Below are positions 62,752 through 64,000 of a DNA stretch of 64,000 bases, piece after piece. Each line of letters opens with the position of its first letter. Position 1 is the first letter of the stretch. A model generated the notes under the pieces. It worked only from the letters and a program-made list of their open reading frames with translations, had not been told where the DNA came from and made no database searches. Origin of the DNA: an uncultured bacterium (GTDB lineage Bacteria; Babelota; Babeliae; Babelales; Vermiphilaceae); assembly GCA_963701085.1 (NCBI GenBank), contig OY969561.1, positions 608,001-672,000 on the forward strand, in the 5' to 3' direction. The position numbers and the translations under genes are program-made.

Positions 62752-64000
62752 ATGAAAAAGTTAATCATCGTTGAGTCCCCGGCAAAAATTAAAACCATTT
62801 CAAAATTTTTAGATAAAGATTTTGTCATCATGGCAACCATGGGGCATATTAAAGATCTTCCTTCTAAAAAAATTGGTGTTTCTATGGATCCAAAAGGTAT
62901 CCACATTGAATACGTTACCTTAGAAGGTAAAGAAAGCACCATTGCCAGTATTTGTAAGCAGGCATCTACCTGCGATACTATCTACATAGCACCCGATCCC
63001 GATCGTGAAGGGGAAATTATTGGGTGGCATATTGCACAAGAAATTGCAAAAGTAGCCAAAAAAGGCACTAAAACATACCGCATCGCGTTTAATGAAATTA
63101 CTGAACCTGCCATACAAGCAGCTATCAGCCATCCGGGTGAAATTAATATGAGGTTGGTTGAAGCACAGCAAGCACGCAGAGTTCTGGATAGGTGGGTGGG
63201 CTATGAAGTTTCCCCTATTTTATGGAAAAAAATAGCAAAAGGACTTTCTGCAGGGCGCGTACAATCTGTTGCATTGCGCATGATTTGCGATCGTGAAAAC
63301 TCAATCCGCAGCTTTGTGCCAGAAGAATATTGGACAATTACCGGTAACTTTGCGCACAATAAAGCAATGATCGCTGCACCTCTCACCAACATTGGTAAAG
63401 AGAAAGCGGAAATAAAAGATGAAAAAACAGCTAAAAAAGTTGTTGAAGCATTAAAGAATGAAGATTACGCGATTGATTCAATCACCGATAAAGTCCGCAC
63501 CAGAAATCCACTACCTCCTTTTATGACAAGCACCTTGCAACAAGCCGCATACAACATGCTTGGATTTTCTGTCAAAAAAACAATGCAATTAGCGCAGCAT
63601 TTGTATGAAGGTATTGCGTTAAAAGATCCAAGCACACCCGTTGCACTCATCACCTACATGCGTACGGATTCCCTGCGTATTTCTGACACTGCATTACAAC
63701 AAGTGCGGTCATATATTACTAAGCATTATCCCGCAGGTTATTTACCAACAAAAGCTAACTTGTTTGAAAAAAAGACAAAAACAAAAACGCAAGATGCCCA
63801 TGAAGCAATCAGGCCAATTGATATCAGTCTTGCTCCTGAAAAAATAAGACAATATCTTCCCGCTGATGAAGCAAAATTATATGACCTTATCTGGAAACGG
63901 TTTGTAGCATGCCAGATGAAACCTGCTGAATATGCGCAACGCCAAGTTGTTATCAAGGGTGGTGTGTATACATTTAAAGTAACCGGCTCAACACTTATTT
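62752..64000 (+). CDS. topA: DNA topoisomerase I (runs off window end)
   Basis: MKKLIIVESPAK, GHIKDL, DPDREGE, SAGRVQS, LITYMRTDS, AHEAIRP. Confidence 0.97.
   Translation, partial: MKKLIIVESPAKIKTISKFLDKDFVIMATMGHIKDLPSKKIGVSMDPKGIHIEYVTLEGKESTIASICKQASTCDTIYIAPDPDREGEIIGWHIAQEIAKVAKKGTKTYRIAFNEITEPAIQAAISHPGEINMRLVEAQQARRVLDRWVGYEVSPILWKKIAKGLSAGRVQSVALRMICDRENSIRSFVPEEYWTITGNFAHNKAMIAAPLTNIGKEKAEIKDEKTAKKVVEALKNEDYAIDSITDKVRTRNPLPPFMTSTLQQAAYNMLGFSVKKTMQLAQHLYEGIALKDPSTPVALITYMRTDSLRISDTALQQVRSYITKHYPAGYLPTKANLFEKKTKTKTQDAHEAIRPIDISLAPEKIRQYLPADEAKLYDLIWKRFVACQMKPAEYAQRQVVIKGGVYTFKVTGSTLI

Overview
This is an AT-rich bacterial chromosome segment using the standard genetic code. It most resembles an obligate intracellular parasite of protists, probably Ca. 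Dependentiae/Babeliae (TM6); this is inferred from tandem NTT nucleotide translocases, eukaryote-like domains and many orphan signal-peptide proteins. Housekeeping content includes rpsB, lon, cmk, recJ, lysS, sod, glmS, rpsI, tadA, gyrB, tilS, dnaJ, sufCBDS/sufU, HU, lepB, batABCDE, plsC, a partial topA and 4 tRNAs. Arrays of secreted putative effectors (F-box/WD-like triplet, Skp1-like-WD40, cPLA2-like lipase, coiled-coil cluster) are interleaved. Main observations: (1) short palindromic repeats nest inside one another, sit in frame inside protein genes, and in three tRNA genes begin exactly at the CCA and pair with it. (2) About 13 secreted proteins would expose a new Met after signal cleavage (ME/MD/MN/MQ or ML), and the three ML ones continue with a mitochondrial-presequence-like segment. 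(3) A GC-rich terminator/antiterminator-like RNA lies upstream of the nucleotide transporters. Many single-base frameshifts, including in essential tilS, suggest assembly indel errors. No CRISPR array, prophage, rRNA or transposase was seen.
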